Assembly (NCBI GenBank): GCA_018398765.1 | Contig: JAHBMJ010000440.1 | Coordinates: forward strand, 1-47,556 | Reading direction: 5' to 3' | Source: Chromera velia | Taxonomy: Eukaryota | DNA: 47,556 nucleotides | In this document: in pieces, positions 1-16,917 of the stretch | Numbering within the stretch: position 1 is the first letter of the stretch | How the letters are laid out: each line of letters opens with the position of its first letter | Position numbers and translations under genes: made by a program | The notes under the pieces: model-generated | Databases searched by the model: none | Told to the model about the DNA's origin: nothing | The model's input: the letters and a program-made list of their open reading frames with translations, nothing else

Positions 1-2
1 GT

Positions 3-2030
3 TTGGTCTGCACAGGGTCGTGGGACAGGGGGTTCTGCGTTAGGGGCCCCTCGTCTGTGGAGAACAACAACGAGTGTATAGGGGGAGACTTTGAAGGCCC
101 GACAAATGGGGCCCTGTGTGTGCAGTGGTTCTGGGTGCCTCAAGATTGCGAGCCCTTTTTGAAGGGTCACGGGCCTTTTGGGACAGACAGCGGTCCAGAA
201 AACTGGAAATACGCTTTCAGGATCGAGAAGCTTCGGAAAAGCGGGTTGATTCCCTCCCCACCCACTCTTTCACCCAAGTGCATGCGTTGTGCCGAGTTTG
301 CGGGGTATGGCTGGTGCAATGTGGAGTCTAATACAGACTGGAGGAGGGTGGGAAAAGATCAAGAACCGCTTTGGGTCGGGTGCAAACGGGGGGACAGGAA
401 GGGGCCGTTTGACGGCACGATTTGCAAGCCGTGGGCATGGCTCCCTTCAGACTGCTACACAACGCCACCTCACCCCCATTCGAGAGAGCTCCAACCCAAA
501 GAACCGCAGCAGACAGTGAACGTTCCCCTCCACCCTCCCGATCGTCGGATTGCCATTGTCAGTCGACTCAGTTGGGTTTTCTCGAACACGATTGCAAGTG
601 GGTGGGTCACCAGTGAGTCCCCGGCCCCCTTTTTTTAATTTCCAAACCTGATTACAAAGCGCTTCTGTTTCTGTCCTTCCTGCGTTTTTGTTTTCTGTTG
701 CGTTTCCCAGCTTCTCCATTCTGCTTGTGTGCTTCTTACCTTCACGCTTACTACCTGCTTGTAATGCAAGGAGGCAGAGAAAATTGAGAAAATATGTTCT
801 TCTCCTTCTGTCCCTGTTCGGTGGACTCAGGTGCAAGTGGACGATTCCGATAGCACTCTTGAGAGGGAGAACTGGCGCTGCTACGCGGCGACACACGGGT
901 ACGACTTTTTCTTGGAACTTCCCCACGGGCCGGGGTACGAAGACCTGGAAATTGAGTACCCGACTCAGCCCGAACAGCTGGGGATTGTGGAGGGTGAGTG
1001 GCATACCTGCACAGTGTGTGCCACGCGCATCGGGCATGTCTTGAGGCATTTGCCGGACTACGACTGGGTAGTCCAGGTGTCTGGCGACACCATGGTGGTC
1101 GACCACTCGTACCGTCTAGAGCAGATGTTGCCTGACGACGCTGACGTCGTGCTGCCTCGACGTATTCAGTCGCACAGAGACGGAAGCGGGAAACTGGTCT
1201 CGGAATCTCCACGCATGTGCGGGTGTGCACGGGCGATCGAAGGTCGTGAAAACCTGTTTCTGGACTACCCCAATTGCATCGGGGATATGCTGCACACAGA
1301 GCTGATCGCGGTGCGCAACTCCGATGCGGGGAAAAGGTTTGTAGAGTTATTCCTAAGGTTCGGAATGCCCTGCGGCATGATTTTCGACATGGGTGCAGTT
1401 CATTCAGCACTGCTATATTGGCTCTTCGACCCCCGGGTCGCGGCCTTTTACAATAGGTTCTCCGAAGCAGCCCTGCTGAATAAAACAATTCCGATGGAAT
1501 TTGGGGGGTACATTGGTAAAACGGATGACCACGACTCTTTGTGGTTTACTTGGGACGGGCGTAGGTGCCCCTTCCAGTGCCCGTTGGCTACAGCCCACGC
1601 ACACTGGTGGCAGTCGTCCCGTGTCCTCCGTCTGCAGAGGGAGTGGACGAGCGAAATTCAACCGAGGGGGAAGGTAGTGTTGGTGACCCCACAGGAGATC
1701 CTGCGGGATCTAATGGACCCCAGTACGGTCCTTCCGGGCTACGACTTTATCGTCCACACAAAGGCTCAGCGAGAAGATCAATGGCGTGATCATTTCAGTT
1801 CACTGCCTTGTGAACCTGGGAAAAAGTACGCGTTGCCTGATGGGTGGATAACCCCAGAAACAAATTGGACAGACAAACTGAAGGCAAAGGTCTATGCTGA
1901 AGGCTTCTGTCCTGAAGATCTTCATGCAGGGGCCATTGCTGAATTAGTTGCACGGGACACCCCGATTTCAGCTGCAACGGCAAAAGCCGGAATTCATGGT
2001 CATACAAACTGTAAACAATTTCCTTTTTAA
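3..2030 (+). CDS. 5'-truncated spliced gene: tandem Cys/Trp-rich (PSI-like) modules followed by a GT34 (GMA12/MNN10)/DUF273-like nucleotide-sugar glycosyltransferase domain
   Basis: Exon <3..~605/612 and exon ~831/838..2030 are in the same frame. Both tgg|gtcacc...ctcag|gtg (606-830) and cca|gtgagt...caag|tg (613-837) are phase-compatible introns. The stretch WRCYAATHGYDF...LPDYDWVVQVSGDTMVVDHSYRLEQML...IAVRNSDAGKRFV follows the remembered GT34/DUF273 pattern (CY..HGY.F...YDWV...DxD..V.N....E...RNT.....F). Confidence 0.65.
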
Positions 2031-2998
2031 ATTATGTAGCTTAAGTGTTTCTTATATTAACCTAAGTTAAGTTTTAAATAAGTTTAGAAGTAAGTTAACT
2101 TTTCATTCAAGAATATTCAAAAACGTTGAAGATATAGAACCAAATATATAGAAAAGTTAAGAAAAGTTTATGACTTTTTTTTTTGTTATTTTTTATGATT
2201 TTAGTTGATTTCATGCAGATTGATTTCAGTTAATTTCAATAGAAGTCATCATCATCAATAGAACTTTTAATAATTTTTAATTAAGATTTGTTTTAATCAA
2301 TTTATCTATAATTTTAAAACGGCATGCATGACAAAACCCTCAATTATCACTCTCATAATTTTTTTTAAAAAAGAGAGTACCAATTTGTAGATATTTGTAA
2401 ATTTTGAATTCTGAATTCATACAGCGTCAACGGTTTTTAGTAGGGTTAACTAGGGTTCTGAATAATTCACTAAAAAAAAAAAAAAAATTAATTTTATATC
2501 CCCCTCTTCAAGTATGTAAAACACTCTAGATATCTAAAAGTATACTCAATGTAGTTCTTTACCTAAAAGAACCTTCATAAACTTAAAAAAAGACTTGTAG
2601 CATCATGATTTATGATAGTTATTTAAAGTTTTTATCATGTTGCCACTTAGGGTTTTAAGAGTAGTAAAAACATCGTTATGTAACCTAACGTACACTTAAC
2701 TTACCTAAACCTTATGTAAGCTGGTATAACCTGCTTCAAATCACTTCATTAACACCAGCAGATATGATTTGAAAACCATATGACTCAACTCTCCTTCAGC
2801 TTTCATCCTTTTTATCACTTTCACGCTCAATCATATCATTAAACTGACTTTCTACGCAAGCAAGCTCGTCGTTATTCACCGTTACCCCCCCCTCAACCAA
2901 AACTGCCGAATGCAACCAGAAAAAAACAGCAGAAAGGGTTCTTTTATTGCCATCACACTCTTTTCTTTGTTGTCCCTCATTCTATTTGTCTGCCAGCT

Positions 2999-4200
2999 TG
3001 ATGATGATGATGATGATTGAGGGTTAAATCCTAGATTTAGTGACGCCAAATCTAGCGCCAAATCCTAGGCTAAATCCCAAGCTACTAACAAGGCTTTGAG
3101 GACAACCCAGAGCACACATTCATGGGGGGGGGGATGAGGAAGCCTNNNNNNNNNNNNNNNNGGGGGGGGGGGGGGGTGAGGAAGCCTGCATGCCAGCCAG
3201 ATTGATTCACCTCAACTTGTCTTATCGACAGAATAAACCTTCTTGAGACAGTTGGCTATAGCTTTGGAACCGCTTCTAGGCAGGATTGTGTACAACAGCA
3301 ACACCATATCCTTCATTTTCTTCTCATTATCAGAAGTGCCCCTCCCGGTTGCACCTGCAACGCGTTGTGCAATCTGTATTCTTATGTCAATGGGCGCTCT
3401 CTACTTCATAATTTTATACAGTTCTTTCAGCCTGTTCCATTCCCTTTCTGTGTCTTTACACTCCATCAGGATATAAACCTCATCTTTGATCATACGCGAA
3501 GGGGACAAACATTTATCGTACAGCCGTTCTGGTTGGGTTTTATCTATATCCCCCCCTGTGAGAGCCCTGAAAAGCATACGGAAGCCTGCGGAGGACTGCA
3601 GCAGACTCTTTGGCAGAGGTTCAACACTGCACTCTATCATTTCACTTCTCAGACGCCATTTCCTTTCATATAGAAGGTGCATGGCTAAACGCTGTCTGGA
3701 TGGATTCTCTGACTGGAAAGGGGAGAGATCCACAAGGCGGGGGAAAATTCCGTCTCTGTCTCTAACGTTCCTAGTTTCTTTTTTCAACCAGTCGGACAGC
3801 CAGGCACCCTCCACAATCTTTTTCGCCACCCTTTTCCTTCTGCCCTTACCCTTCCTTTTAAACTTATTCCCCACCGTGCTTGGCAATGGAGGCCATAAAA
3901 GGGAGCAATCTAATGGAAAGGCCAGCCATTTTACTGTCTTAACGAAGGGTTCGCACGAGCCAGCCAAGCACTCATTCCAGACTGCCCGGGGTAGAGCATG
4001 GTCAATCGATTTAATGCATTGGATAAAGCCCCTACTCAGCTTACCAAGTAGAGAACTGAATGGCTCAAGAGAGAGAGAGAGAAGGGAAGGCGAAACAAAG
4101 GAATGATAGGAGAAACCAAAACAATATCGAACAAAACGTAATTGCTCCATCGTAAATTTGTTAAAATTTAATAATGTTTTTCCCATATGCATGACTGTCT
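2999..4200 (-). mobile_element. Degenerate non-LTR retrotransposon (LINE) 3' fragment with (ATC)n tail
   Basis: Minus-strand ORF 3401..4192 contains RLAMHLLYERKWRLRSE...PERLYDKCLSPSRMIKDEVYILMEC, a decayed version of the LINE ORF2 C-terminal CCHC knuckle (R.C..C....EDE.H.L.EC). The frame continues past TAG at 3401-3403 to TGA near 3212. A 3'UTR follows and ends in six TGA units at 2999-3016, i.e. (ATC)n on the element strand. The 5' boundary is approximate. Confidence 0.6.
3146..3161. other. Assembly gap; others at 24837-24980, 38021 (single N) and 44444-44576
   Basis: Runs of N. All abut G/C homopolymers or microsatellites. Confidence 0.95.
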
Positions 4201-5542
4201 AGCTTGCCAAGACGAGGTGTCTCAATAACAGTTTTGAAGAGTCAAATCATCAGTTTTAAGTTTGTTTTAAACAGTTTGAGGCTGGTTTATACTATATTAA
4301 TACTGGTATTGGCAGGTTTAAGCAGGTTTCAAAAGATGACAACGTTAAAATGAAGGTTCTGTAACCTTGTGTCCGAACGTTCATTGGCAATGACCCCTAA
4401 ACCTACCCTTAACTTAATATAACTTTGCCAAACCAAAGATTTTACATGTGATTATGTGTTCAAATGACTTTTTAATAAAATTTGGCTAGGAATCTATTTA
4501 AAAAAATCTCTAAAAACTGTTTTTTTATCAGGTTTTTTACTATAAAACCTAGCACACCTTCATCAAAGTGAAATACCCTAGCTTTCTTCTACTTTGTCAT
4601 TTAAAAACGAAAAAAATGTTCTTAATGGTTATGGACCCCACTGTTATCCCAGTCACCTTTGTTTTTTCTGTGAAAAGCTTTTTTTAAACTAACTGGGAGT
4701 AATTTTACTGAACCGAAAAACTCGGACCTTTCGATTTACAGATCATCATCATAGAGCTCACTGCCTGGTATAGCCTGGTATATAATAAAATACCGGTGAA
4801 GTTTGGTATGCATAGGTGCTGTATGAGCTAGAGAGTCAGAGGACTGAAAAACCCTGGAGCAGCCTGACAACATGACTGGGGCGCCGCAATTGATCAGTAA
4901 AATACTTGAAAACGAACTCTGCGGTAACAGTGCGGTTATCTGTGGTGGCATGCTCAAGCGGAAGCAGGGTGTTGCATGACAAAGAAATACTGAAGAAAAG
5001 AATGCACCAAAGAACAACATGCGCACGTAAGCGTAACGTTGACAAGCTCAACGGAAGGGAGCCATGCAGGAAAAGCGATCGATGCTTCACTGGGCCCCGG
5101 AATGCCACTGGAACCGGGCGGGGGCCACGGCATTTCTCTTTGGCTATATAGCAGAATTAAAGCCATTTAAAGCCACCCTGCATGTAAGCCACCCTTGTGA
5201 AAGATCTTCTGAGAAATTCAGATGTGTGATGTTGTGTGTGATATTAATAGACCAGCACAAAGTGGAGCGATCGATGTATTGATATCTGCATCGGCATGGG
5301 GATTCGTTGGGGTCTCCATAAAAAAAGAGAGTTGCATGATGCTCTTGGCGTTTCTCGAACCGAACCAAATTGGCAGTGGAGGCAGTTTAAAAGCGGCGAA
5401 GCAGCTCGCTGTCAAGGAGTGGTAAGCTGCTCAAAGCAATCAGCATTTCGTGTAAAACCACCGGAGTAGGCTCTGAACAGACAACTGGGAGGACAGTAAA
5501 GCGAAGCGAGAGCGGTGAGGGACCGCAGAAAGCGAAGAGACG

Positions 5543-10380
<4,838 letters not shown>

Positions 10381-10410
10381 AGATGGGAGGGAGGGAGGGA
10401 GGGAGGGAGC

Positions 10411-10445
<35 letters not shown>

Positions 10446-10767
10446 AGACGCGATCACTCCAACTGGCAGGGGAAGAGAGGAGAGGAGAGGAGAGGAGAGG
10501 AGAGGAATGAAGAACAAGGGAAAGAGCGTGTGTCCAGACAGACAGACAGGAGCAGAATCTCTCTCTCGCTCGTGGTAAATGGAAGAGATCAGTGAGCGGA
10601 GAAATTCGGGGGGAGGTGAGGCCGTTGGTGTCATCAAAGCATTTCCTTCCTTCCTTTTTTTCTGCTTCCTCTCCTTTTCCTTGTATGCTCTTCTCTTCCT
10701 TCCCACCTCTTTTCCCCTTTTCCTTTCCCCATGCTTCTGCTGAAGCTGAAGAGATACGAGGAGAGAC

Positions 10768-10806
<39 letters not shown>

Positions 10807-10875
10807 ATTCCAAAATTTGCGATAGGAAAAAGTGTTTCTGGAATTCTGTCCGCTCTGCCAGTCAGGATTCGTCGT

Positions 10876-10908
<33 letters not shown>

Positions 10909-11852
10909 TGTGTGCATGCATGGCATTGCGGGTTTCTGTAAGGACTGACTGGAAGGATGCAAGGTGGCAGAAAAACGGTAGAGCACTCGGGCATCGTGGG
11001 CAAAGATGATGGCTTCCTGCGCACGCACGAGCCTGTTTGTCTGTTTATCTGTCTGTCTGTCTGTCTGTGGAGAATTAATTGAGAGCCATGCAGAATGTCA
11101 ATCCTTCCTTCCTTGATTCGTTTAGTCAGTCGCTCTTTCTTTCTGGCCGCGCCCCCAGCGCTTTCTCGTCTCGCCTTGGCTTCTTCCTTACACACAATGC
11201 CCATTCACCGATCTATGTCCCTCTCTGTCTTCGGGCTTACCCTCAATTTTGATGCACGGTCCTGCAAGCAGAGACTGCTTTCTCTGGCGGCCTGGCCACC
11301 TAGCTCGTCTTTCTCAGCCTGCCTGCTTGATCGAATGTACAGCACAGCCTTCTCGGTACAGTCCCGTAGTGCATATTTGCACCCAACGTGTCTCGCGATC
11401 TGTCTGTCTCTGACAGAATTGTTCGAACCTCTCTGCCTTTTTCTTCCCTCCATAATTAATTAATTCGCACCCGTCAGGTGCCTACCGAGAGAAACCATTT
11501 GTCGTCGCGCCTCAGGTCGTCGAGCTGCGTCAGAAGAGCAGTGGGCACTGGTACTGGCAAGGTGCCTGTCGACGGAGCTTTTTGTATATTTTTGTATACA
11601 GAATGCATGCACGTGTCGATACGATTCTCAAGTACCTGCCACCTGGTTGCATACGCTTACTGCGGCTTACACATGTAACAAGTTAGTAACCAATCCTATA
11701 CTAGTACCTAGCTGGTATGTATTAAATCAATTTTTAGGTTCGTTTGTAACTAAAAAAGTTTGGTAATAAATTTTTTGGCTCATTAGTTTAATACCTACTA
11801 ATACCTACATAGTATACGGTTAGGAGGAACTATACTAGTCAGAGGGGTTAAC

Positions 11853-12297
11853 TAGAGTTGTTAAATACCGCCTGGGATAAATACCGATAACCGTTATTTG
11901 GAGGTCAAATACCGAATTTAGATATGAGGTATTTATCTAGGTATCTATAATTAACTCTCAGGAAGTTCAGGGCTAACGACCTAAAATCGGGTGTGTTTTG
12001 TAGAACATGTTGTTTCAGAGAGTTTATGAAGGCTTAAACGACGTAAAAACGGAGAGTTATCATCATTATTGGTGTATCACGGCATAATCAACCAATTAAA
12101 TATGGAGAGTGTCAGACACACACACCCTAGCACATACCGCAAGTTGTTGACTCATGTATTCTTTTATACTCATCATTTCATATTTTTTCATGTGTAGTTG
12201 CTTAAATACTTGAAACGGTAAGTTTAAATATCAAATACCGTTATTTAGGGGCCAAAAACGACCGGTTATAACCGGTATATAGTATTTAATAACTCTA
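11853..12297. mobile_element. Non-autonomous hAT-type DNA transposon (MITE), 445 bp
   Basis: TIRs TAGAGTTGTTAAATAC (11853-11868) and GTATTTAATAACTCTA (12282-12297) match 15/16. An 8-bp TSD flanks them: GGGTTAAC (11845-11852) and GGGTCAAC (12298-12305). AAATACCG is repeated subterminally at both ends. 8-bp TSDs and TAG-starting short TIRs are hAT hallmarks. Confidence 0.85.
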
Positions 12298-12559
12298 GGG
12301 TCAACAACACTGGATCTATAGTGTGTCACAATGAGAATTTCCAGATAAGATTTTATCTTCCGGGAGTCCCCACAGTTAACTGTCAAATATCGGCTTGGAC
12401 GGCTCCTAAATCGGCTCGCACCGATAGAACCCTTTATGTCAGAATGATTTGTATTAATTTATCATCATTTATCGTACAATAATTGTGATTGTAAAAACCT
12501 TTGACTACCTTTCACTAAGTTAATTTATTGACATAACCTCCCTGAATCTGAGTGCTACT

Positions 12560-13925
12560 TAAAAAAATACAATCAACATGTTTTTTAGCTGTGGTAAGCT
12601 GCGGCATGGTTTTTCAAAATACTATTCACGCCTGCAGCGTAGAGTCCTCTGACGATCAAAACACCATCCAGATATGTGGCTTTGGCTTTCAAGACATCGT
12701 AAATGATCTGCGCTGATGGCACAGACTTTCAAGCTTATCCATTTGGAAATTATGGCAGTATTGCGGCTTGAACTTTCAAGTGGTAGTTAGGTTCAGGTAT
12801 AGCGGACTACTTGTCTGACTCCGGAACTTAGGAGCGTTCAACTTGCTGATGAAAGGGTGACTAGGAGACTGAAGTCACTGAAGTTTTACTTCTCAGAGTT
12901 TGCTCAAAGGGCGGAACACAAATTTTTGAATGTCTGGGCCACTCTTATTTCTACAAGGTGTCAAATAAAATCTCTAGTTTTCTAACCTCTGTCAATATGT
13001 GTGTTCATTTTTGTAAGTCTTTTGGCTGGTGTCTTCTACTTTGTCTTCCAATTTGTCTTCCATTTTGGAACCCTTATATAGTATTAATTCTTTCAGTTCA
13101 TATTTTTTTTCTTCAGCCTTATTGCCTTCCGCATCTGTATTGATTTAATTTCTTATTGGCTCTCTTCTGCCTTTTTGTCTGGCAGTGCCCGTTTATATTC
13201 CATGTTATACTCCATCATTTTTTTTTATGTGGCCACTGGGCATGCCATCACCATAGTAGTTCTCGTCTTCCTACTTGTCTACCTCTACCTCTGCCACATA
13301 GTTTTTCATGTTTATCTTAATGTCTGCCCTTTTGTTGGCCACTAAATCTGTCTTGTGCTCAGTCAGGTCCTCTGTTAGATCTTCTGTTACATTGTTTGTT
13401 AGATCCTCTGCCCAGTTGTCTGCCAGGTCCTCTGCCTGCTCCTCTGCTAAGTTGTCTGCCTAGTCTTCTGTCAAGTTGTCTGCAAAGTTAATTGTCTTTC
13501 AACCCTACTCCCCTTTCCTCTTCCGTCTGTTCTAATACTTCCAGTTATTAAATTTCTTCAAGGCCCCCTTCCATTGGTTCTTTCATGATCATTGGACTTA
13601 ACAATCTTTCTTATTCAATAAATCTATAGAGACATGTACTAGATGTTCCATATTAAAAGGTCCCTTTTTCTTGAGATTTAAATGAAATCCTCATTCTTTT
13701 TTTTCATTTCTTCTGACTTTTAAAATTACTTCTTTGCTCCTAGATACTAGAGAGGCTTTTAGTAGAAGTTATATTCTGCTACCAAGCCAAATTGGAAGTC
13801 CGTAACACATTCCCCCTTCTTATAAGAGCGCTATCCACGCGTTCTTCTCTTCATTCTCCATAACACATTCCGCCTTTTTATAAAAGCGCTGTCTACGCAC
13901 TCTTCTCTTCACTTTCCGTAACACA
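12560..13925 (-). pseudogene. Decayed coding sequence, probably transposon-derived, with a 4-aa tandem repeat
   Basis: The minus strand gives protein-like stretches (SAQIIYDVLKAKATYLDGVLIVRGLYAAG; KMEDKLEDKVED) broken by TGA/TAG/TAA stops. Eleven 12-bp units at 13355-13486 read FADN LTED *ADN LAEE QAED LADN WAED LTNN VTED LTED LTEH. Family not recognised; boundaries approximate. Confidence 0.45.
13800..13925. repeat. 58-bp tandem repeat, two copies plus 10 bp
   Basis: Units start at 13800, 13858 and 13916 (CCRTAACACA...). Copies 1 and 2 differ at 10 of 58 positions, 9 of them transitions. Confidence 0.9.
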
Positions 13926-14044
13926 AGGAGGTCATTAACACTTATGTCAGCCTAGATACTAGCACTTATGACATTGTATGAAAAATAGTGTAAAAAATAG
14001 TTATAGATACTAAATTGTCTGGTTAATTATCGAATTTGGCGCAG

Positions 14045-14587
14045 TCAGTGAGCTAAGTGAGTGAGTTAGTAAGCTGATTGAGTGAGTGATTGACTAAGCG
14101 AGTGAATGAGTGAGTATCACTGAGTGAGTGAGTCACTGTGAGTGAGTGAGTGAGGGAGGGAGTAAGTGAGTGAGTGAGTGAGTATGAGTAAGTAAATGAA
14201 GGAGTACGTACTAGTTAGTAATAGTTAGTAATAGTGTAAATGAGTGACTGCATAAGTCTATGAGTGAGTGACTGAATGAGTGGGTTAGAGTGAGTGAGTG
14301 AGTGAGTGAATGAGTGAGTGAGTGAATGAGTGAATGAGTGAGCAAGCGAGCGAATAAACGAGCAAGCTAGGAGTGAGCGAGTGAGTGAGTGAGTGAGTAA
14401 GGTAGAGTGAGGTGAGTGAGGTAAGTGAGTGAGGTGAGTGCATAAGTGTAGTGAGTGAGTGAGTGACTGAATGAGTGAGGTGAGTGAGTGAATGAGGTGA
14501 ATGCATGAGTGTAGGTGAGTGTATGATAGTGCATGAGTGAGTGAGTGAGTGAGTCAGTCAGTCAGTGAGTGAATCAGTGAGTCAGTC
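14045..14587. repeat. Degenerate (GAGT)n microsatellite block
   Basis: About 540 bp of imperfect tgag/gagt repeats. Confidence 0.9.
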
Positions 14588-14660
14588 ATGCATGCTGGGG
14601 CCTACCGGGGCCCCGTATAGGCCATGCACTCACATGTGCGTGCATGCATACGTCATTTAT

Positions 14661-15359
14661 ATCTGACGCAAGCAAACTGGCGAACAGCCCCGGAAAGTAA
14701 AAAAAATGAGAACTGCACGATTGATGCACGTTGGCTATTAGATGGTGCATGCATGGTAGCGCCGACCCCCCCCCCCTTCCGCAGGAAAAAAACACGCGGA
14801 AACCACCCCCCCCCGCGGGAAAAAAGCTTGGCGGCCATCTGAGTCATGATCTGACGCACACATGGCGCAAATCTAACCTTTCGGGGCCAGGTTTTTGGCG
14901 AAAGACTAGCATGCATGCATATGGCCCTGGAAAGTGAAGTGGGGGGCACTTACAAAACAAAAATATCCCAGCTCATGCATGTACGCTGTCTTTCACCAAA
15001 AAAAGGCCCTGAAAAGATCCCGCCCAAATGGTCTAGAAAAGCGTGAACCCGACTTCAACCCGTCGCCATGCATGTGTGCGTCAGATATGGGTGGCCCCGG
15101 AAAGCGACCACGAAAAGGCTGAATTTGCGCCATGCGTGCGTCAGAGTATACCCCCGGGCTTTTTTCCTGGGGAAGGGGGGGTTCTACGGCTTTTCCCGCG
15201 GGGGAGGGGGGGGATCGGCGCGACGGCTGGCCGGCGTGCGTCAATCGTGCAGCTCTCATTTTTCTTGCTTTCCGGGGCCGTTCGCAAGCTTGCTTGCGTC
15301 AGATGGGCTGGGGTATTTTTGTTTTGTAAGTGCCCCCCGCTTCGCTTTCCGGGGCCATA
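14661..15359. repeat. Modular, order-permuted inverted repeat (possible foldback/MULE-like remnant) upstream of the TBC gene
   Basis: 14661-14730 is the reverse complement of 15235-15304 (63/70). About 14760-14885 matches about 15110-15220 more loosely. 14920-14976 is the reverse complement of 15303-15359 (52/57). Confidence 0.85.
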
Positions 15360-15944
15360 CGTATATCGATTGTGTGTGTGGTTTTCGATCCAGTATCAAG
15401 ATGGAAGTGTGACAGCATCTCATCCAGCTGAGCTGCAATCTCTTCATGTATGAAGCAGTGGTGGGAAAGAGCTGGTAAAAGTGCCCATCGATCCTTAGGC
15501 TTCTTCGTTCCGCCTTGTGGGCCCGCTGGCGGCGAATCACGGTTCGAATGATATGAGACACGCGTGACGCTCCTCCATCTGTTGCTTGGGTCAGTGAAAG
15601 TCACCGGCAGATGAAGCTGGGCTAGTTGCTCTTGATGGTTTAGAATGCAGATGTGGTTCCTTTCAATATGTTGCTTGAGTGGTCAGGATATGTGATCGAT
15701 GAATGCCGCACGCGCATGAGTCATGTGTTGGTGAGACAGACTGCTAGGGAGAAGCAGCAGCACATCAGTACATGATTGCGTCCTGCCAAAGAACTGACGA
15801 GAACAGACAGTCTCGCATGATCGTGCCGGCTTTCCATCTGCCGTGCCTTCTCTTCCCTTCCCACCCAGCGTTGCTCGACCCGATTTACTTCCTTCTTTCT
15901 TCCCTGCCTCTCTTGTCCATGCAACGTCATGTACTCAACCGCCT

Positions 15945-16395
15945 CCCTTCCTTCCTCCCCTTCCCTCCCTCCTTCCCTCCCTTCCCTTCCTTTTCCTCCC
16001 TCTCTCCTTCTTTCCTTCCTTCCTTCCTTCCTTCCTTCCTTCCTTCCTTCCTTCCTTCCTTCCTTCCTTCTTTCCTTCCTTCCTTCCTTCCTTCGTTCCT
16101 TCCTTCCTTCCTTCCTTCCTTCCCTCCCACTTTCCTTCCCATCCTCCCTTCCTTCCTCCATTCCTTCCTTCCTTCCTTCCCTCCCACTTTCCTTCCCTCC
16201 CTTCCCTTCCCTCCTCCCTCCCTTCCTTCCCTCCCACTTTCCTTCCCATCCTTCCTTCCTTCCTTCCTTCCTTCCCTCCCACTTTCCTTCCCTCCCTTCC
16301 CTTCCTTCCTTCCTTCCTTCCTTCCTGCCTTCCTTCCTTCCCACTTTCCTTCCCATCCTCTCTTCCTTCTTCCATTCCTTCCTTCCTTTCTTCGT
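15945..16395. repeat. (CCTT)n microsatellite with higher-order CCTCCCACTTTCCTTCCC units
   Basis: Seen directly. About five copies of the cccactttccttccc variant lie between 16120 and 16355, probably in a 5'UTR intron of the TBC gene. Confidence 0.85.
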
Positions 16396-16917
16396 CCACT
16401 TTCCCACACGTGCACCAACTCCATTTGAGTCTCTCTCCTTTCCTCGATCCTTCCCCTGCTTCTCCTGATGGCTCCCTTTCTCCCCTCTCCTTACCTCCTC
16501 TCTCCGTTTTTTCCCCTTTCCTTCCCTTCCCTTCCCCCTCCTCCCCATGCCTCTTTGTCTCTCTTTTCTCCTGCCCTCTCATCCCCTTTCAACGCTTTCC
16601 CTGCCCCTCCCTTTTCTTCCCTTCCCTTCACTTAGGTCACCCCCTCTCTTCCCCCATCCTTCGGGGCACTTCCTGCCAGTCCTGTTTCCTTCGTGGCCCC
16701 TGCACATTTCTTTCTTTCATGCGCCAATCACTTCCAGCCATCTTTGTCTTTATCGACTGTAATCTTGCACTTTCAGACACGGTCATGCATGCATGGGCTC
16801 CGTAGATGGATGGGCAGGCAGACCCATTCATGCAAAATAATGCAGGTTACGACGAATAGCGTGTGACTGCAACCCTTTCACTTCCCCTTACAGCTCCCTC
16901 CACAGAAGACGCCGAAC

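Noticed and set aside
3123..3186. Duplicated G-run + TGAGGAAGCCT on both sides of the N gap
   Set aside because: Most likely overlapping contig ends at a homopolymer, not a real repeat.
13355..13925. Periodic repeats as a possible CRISPR-like array
   Set aside because: Units are contiguous tandem copies without unique spacers, no cas genes are present, and the context is eukaryotic.
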